Source of the DNA: Ramazzottius varieornatus
Taxonomy: Eukaryota; Animalia; Tardigrada
Assembly (NCBI GenBank): GCA_001949185.1
Contig: BDGG01000004.1
Location: forward strand, 645,620-709,619
Direction: 5' to 3'
DNA length: 64,000 nt
Shown in pieces: positions 62,301 through 64,000 of this stretch; within the stretch, counting starts at the first letter, position 1, and each line of letters opens with the position of its first letter. Position numbers and translations under genes: made by a program. Under the pieces are notes generated by a model. The model ran no database searches and had not been told where the DNA came from. It saw only the letters and a list, made by a program, of their open reading frames with translations.

Positions 62301-64000
62301 TTCCAAGATATTGTATATAAGATAAATATAAGATTAAATATAAGTATAAATATAAAATACAAGATGGGAAGCCGGCAAACAAAATGTACAAGATCGTCGT
62401 CTTGAGCGGCGCACGCTTTCTCTGAGCAGATAACAATGAGAACGTGCGCCAGTTGGGAAGCCAACGCTGCCGCGTAAGTTTGCCGTCCTCCCGAACAATT
62501 TTGAAATTTCGGCGGAGTAATTCTCCTGATTTGGCGATTCGATCTTTTACCTGACAACGGGGTAGAACGGGATGACCGGGGGTGTAGGTGCCCACTTCGC
62601 CAAGAGCTGCCTGTACTTGTTCATGTTCCTCGATGGATCCATCAACATACTCAGACTTTCGAAGATCTTCATGTACTTTCCGCCCACCCTATCCCACGTC
62701 TGCTTCAACCTCGCCACACAACCATGGTTCAAGCCGGACAGGATCGCGAAACACGAGTTGATATTCTTTGCTTCATGGAGATACCTAGACAGATCAACCC
62801 AGTTAGCATAACATGAAAATTAATGGAAGCTTGGTGAACAAACTGGAAAAGATTGTTTTTCCAAGTGGCGCACGTTTTTAGTGTTATTCGCGAAAAGCGT
62901 GCGCCACTTACAGAAACGATCTCGTTGAGTTGGTTCGCCGAGGTCCGAATGGGGTAAATTTAGTTTTGATGAATTCTTACTTTGCAATTTTGATGAAATG
63001 TTTGACGATCTTGACTCTCCTAACCAAGTTACTCTCCCCGCAGACTTCCGTGATGACCCAGAACATTTCTCGATTCACCACATTCTCAAACTTGTGTAGT
63101 GGGGAATCGGGGTTGTTATCAGGTCTCAGGCTAAAGAGTTCCTCAATGTAGTCGGTGGCGACGATCTGTTTGAAGATGGCGAAGTCTTGGAGGGTTAGCT
63201 GGGCGGCTAGTTCAACTGTGTTCAGTTGGAGGAGTGAGATCTGGGATTCCCGCCAGATGTCGGGTGCAATATCATCGGCTACGAGTGTTTCTTGCAGGCG
63301 GTTGTTCTTCAGGTAGTAACGACCGTTCAGAGGAATACTGTCAGCTAAGTTGGCGATCTCGTCGGGAAGACGGCGTTGCTTTATCACATTTTGTGCTTCC
63401 ACCGAAACCTAAAATGCCAAATCATGAGTAAGCGCAAAACTAAAAGCTTCAGTCGGTTTTTTATTGTGAAAAAGAATCGTGAAGGCAGCTTAATGTCGTA
63501 ATCTACGTCGTTTTGGTGGTTGATTCGGCAGAAGTAACATGATTGTAAATTTCGTCCCCATCTTTATGAAGTTTATTGCTTACTGGGCAGCCTATTCTTA
63601 GATTAACCGATCATTATAGACGAAATCGAGCTTGTTCGTATCTTACTTGGCATAAGCAGAAGTTATGGCTGGGTTCATGAATGCCGAACTCTGCCAGCGC
63701 CAGCATCACGACCTCCCGTGCCGTAGTTTCCTTGTGGACGAGGAGGTACTTGCAGGTCTGATCAGCGCCCTTGTACACTTTCAGGACGTGGTCAGGGTAT
63801 TGCGAGCGCCCAGTGTCCTGTTGAACAATGTTGTTACCACTCATGGGCTCTGGTAACAGGCATTCTTGCTTGAAGCCGGCTGTAAGGTCTGGGTTGCTGC
63901 GACTGTGCTGGAGAGGTCGAGGAACCGAAGCGGACGTGAAGACTGAGTTGCCTGTTGGATCCGTACAGATGGCAGCCAGAACTGGCATACCTTCTTCCAC
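59337..64000 (-). CDS. RAPGEF2: PDZ-GEF / RAPGEF2-6 orthologue, 3' part (RA + RasGEF domains + low-complexity tail); continues beyond the window
   Basis: HSRSNPDL, PDHVLKVYKGADQTCKYLLVHKETTAREVV (RA), IKQRRLPD...NGRYYLKNN, ELAAQLTLQDF, NREMFWV, LMDPSRNMNKYR, KDLTFLHEGNDS, LINFEKLRMISKEIR, KKLYEEAQMVRKVKQY. Last exons (59.3-60.3 kb) ambiguous. Confidence 0.93.
61609..61830. mobile_element. hAT-like MITE in a RAPGEF intron
   Basis: CAG...CTG termini flanked by ACGCGCGT / ACGCGCGC (7/8 match, 8-bp TSD); GGACC/GGTCC subterminal motifs. Confidence 0.55.

Larger units (their letters stand above)
25049..62910. repeat. Dispersed short hairpin family, core CAAGTGGCGCACG-(spacer)-CGTGCGCCACTTG; 9 units at 7 loci (span given, not contiguous)
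   Basis: Units at ~25049-25098, 39938-39987, 40011-40060, 40794-40870, 52752-52801, 61441-61494, 61517-61565, 62402-62456, 62861-62910; often flanked by AGATCG.../...AACGATCT. Confidence 0.8.

Noticed and set aside
1-64000. tRNA, rRNA or snRNA genes
   Set aside because: None recognised by eye; tRNAscan-SE or Infernal would be needed to exclude them.

Overview
Eukaryotic (animal) genomic DNA, not prokaryotic. Genes are compact with short GT-AG introns, so the ORF track shows only exon fragments and misses some genes. The gene set (Spaetzle/NT1, SPARC, PGRP, CSab defensins) and compactness suggest a small-genome panarthropod such as a tardigrade (inference). Recognisable genes: GT31 glycosyltransferase, decayed ULK/Atg1-like kinase, SPARC, Spaetzle/NT1-like ligand, DP transcription factor, divergent cullin-3, TWIK-type K2P channel, a secreted Cys-module/Thr-rich protein, an F-box protein, a decayed BTB gene, CHCHD1 and the 3' part of RAPGEF2/6. 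Transposon content: pogo, DIRS, CRE-type LINE, Harbinger and several MITE families. The main highlight is an apparent innate-immunity neighbourhood. It contains a PGRP ectodomain + TM + PVR/VEGFR-type tyrosine kinase gene (this copy looks pseudogenised), tail-to-tail with the Spaetzle-like gene. It also contains a ~5 kb cluster of two defensins flanking a two-exon Tyr-rich, probably amidated secreted peptide absent from the ORF track. Also notable: a K2P channel with a TIGVVD second filter and an intron-restricted hairpin repeat family. All gene models were built by eye; novelty could not be checked against databases.
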